A stretch of DNA of 64,000 nucleotides, from assembly GCF_020745735.1 (NCBI RefSeq), contig NC_083409.1, forward strand, positions 19,178,341 to 19,242,340, read 5' to 3'. Positions 62,830-64,000 of this stretch are shown here, piece after piece. The position numbers and the translations under genes are program-made. Source of the DNA: Hemiscyllium ocellatum. Taxonomy: Eukaryota. Each line of letters begins with the position of its first letter. Position 1 is the first letter of the stretch. The notes under the pieces are model-generated. The model saw nothing but the letters and a program-made list of their open reading frames with translations, was not told the DNA's origin and did no database searches.

Positions 62830-64000
62830 AAACTTATGTTAGGATAAGATGTGAAGCTCAGTCAGAGTGCTTGAGAGTTACGGGTTAGCCAGGAAAGACC
62901 AAAAGAGAGAGCTAAAAAGGGACATGAGAAATCACTGACAGATAGGATCAAGGAAAACCATCAAGTTTTCTATAAGTATATCAGGAAGAAAAGAATGATA
63001 AGGAAGTTTAGGGCCAATCAAGGATAATTGTGGGATGTTGGACATGGAATCCGAGGAGATGGGGAAGCACTTAAAGAATATTTTTTGTCCATTTTTACAC
63101 TGGAAAAAGACAGTGTTGTCAAGGAGAATACTGCGATGCAGGCTATTAGACTAGATGGGATTGAGGTTAACGAGGAGGTGTTAGCAATTCGAGAAAGTGT
63201 GAAAATAGATAAGTCCCCTGGGCCAGATGGGATTAATCCGAGGATTTTCTGAGAAGCCAGGGAGGAGATTGCAGAACCTTGACCTTTGATCTATATGTCG
63301 TCATTGTCTACAGGAACAGTGCTAGAAGACTGGAGGATAACAAATGTTGTCCCCTTGTTTGAGAAGGGGAGTAAAAACAACCCTGGTATTATAGACGAGT
63401 GAGCCTCATTCGGTTCTGGGTAAGATGTTGGAAAAGGTTATAAGAGGTAGGATTTATAATCATCAAGAAGGGAATATGTTGATTAGGGATAGTCAACACA
63501 GTTTTGTGAAGGGTAGGTCGTGTCTCACAAACCCTATTGAGTTCTTTTGAGAAAGTGACCAAACAGATGGATGAGGGTAAAGCAGTTGATGTGGTGTATA
63601 TGGATTTCAGTAAGGCATTTGATAAATTTCCCACTGTAGGCTATTGCACAAAATACAGAGGCATGGGAGTGAGGATGATTTAACTGTTTGGATCAGAAAT
63701 TGGCTCGCTGAAAGAAGACAGAGTGTAGTAGCTAATGAGAAATGTTTATCCTGGAGTTCAATAACGGGTGATGTAACACAAGGATCTATTTTGGGTGCAC
63801 TGCTGTTTGTTATTTTTGACTCAGATGAGGGCATAGAATGATGGGTGAGTAAATTTGCAGATGACAAGAAGGTCAGTGGAGTTGTGTATAATGCTGAAGG
63901 GTGTTGCAGGTTACAGAGGGATACAGATAAGCTGCAGAGCTGGGCTGAGAAGTGGCAAATGGAGTTTAATGCAGAAAAGTATAAGGTGATTCAGTTAGGA
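62830..64000 (+). mobile_element. CR1-clade LINE ORF2 (RT), decayed, runs off the window
   Basis: KSPGPDGI, DFSKAFDK, WIRNWLAERRQ, VTQGSILGALLFVIF, KFADD; several stops and frameshifts. Confidence 0.92.

Noticed and set aside
1-64000. CRISPR arrays, rRNA or true tRNA genes
   Set aside because: Eukaryotic DNA with no repeat-spacer arrays; tRNA-like A/B boxes belong to SINE heads.

Overview
Eukaryotic genomic DNA from a shark, inferred from an NS4/kappa-type Ig light-chain constant exon and HE1-type V-SINEs; an orectolobiform such as a bamboo shark is plausible. Main content: (1) an intact Ig kappa C exon at 2559-2887, with no J or intact V in the window. (2) Eleven CEP350-like coding exons on the + strand (43024-61293). 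All are open and splice-phase compatible, but they jump from the exon ending ...EFRDPLTAYR to one roughly 1,100 aa further along the human protein, so this looks like an in-frame internally deleted CEP350 copy. (3) An 8.7-kb class I (gamma-like) provirus on the - strand (29165-37905) with near-identical LTRs and a tRNA-Pro PBS but decayed, mosaic gag/pol/env, inserted in a ~1.08-kb tandem repeat. (4) A second, unrelated ERV remnant (LTR + env, 14603-~17230). (5) Dense TE debris: CR1-group and Tx1/L1 LINEs, V-SINEs, Deu-SINEs, a hAT element with 8-bp TSD, and Penelope-like elements. The Penelope tails carry minimal hammerhead-ribozyme motifs and recur as short TSD-flanked fold-back insertions. 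Family assignments come from motif recognition and recalled reference sequences, not database searches. TE boundaries are approximate unless a TSD, TIR or splice site fixes them.
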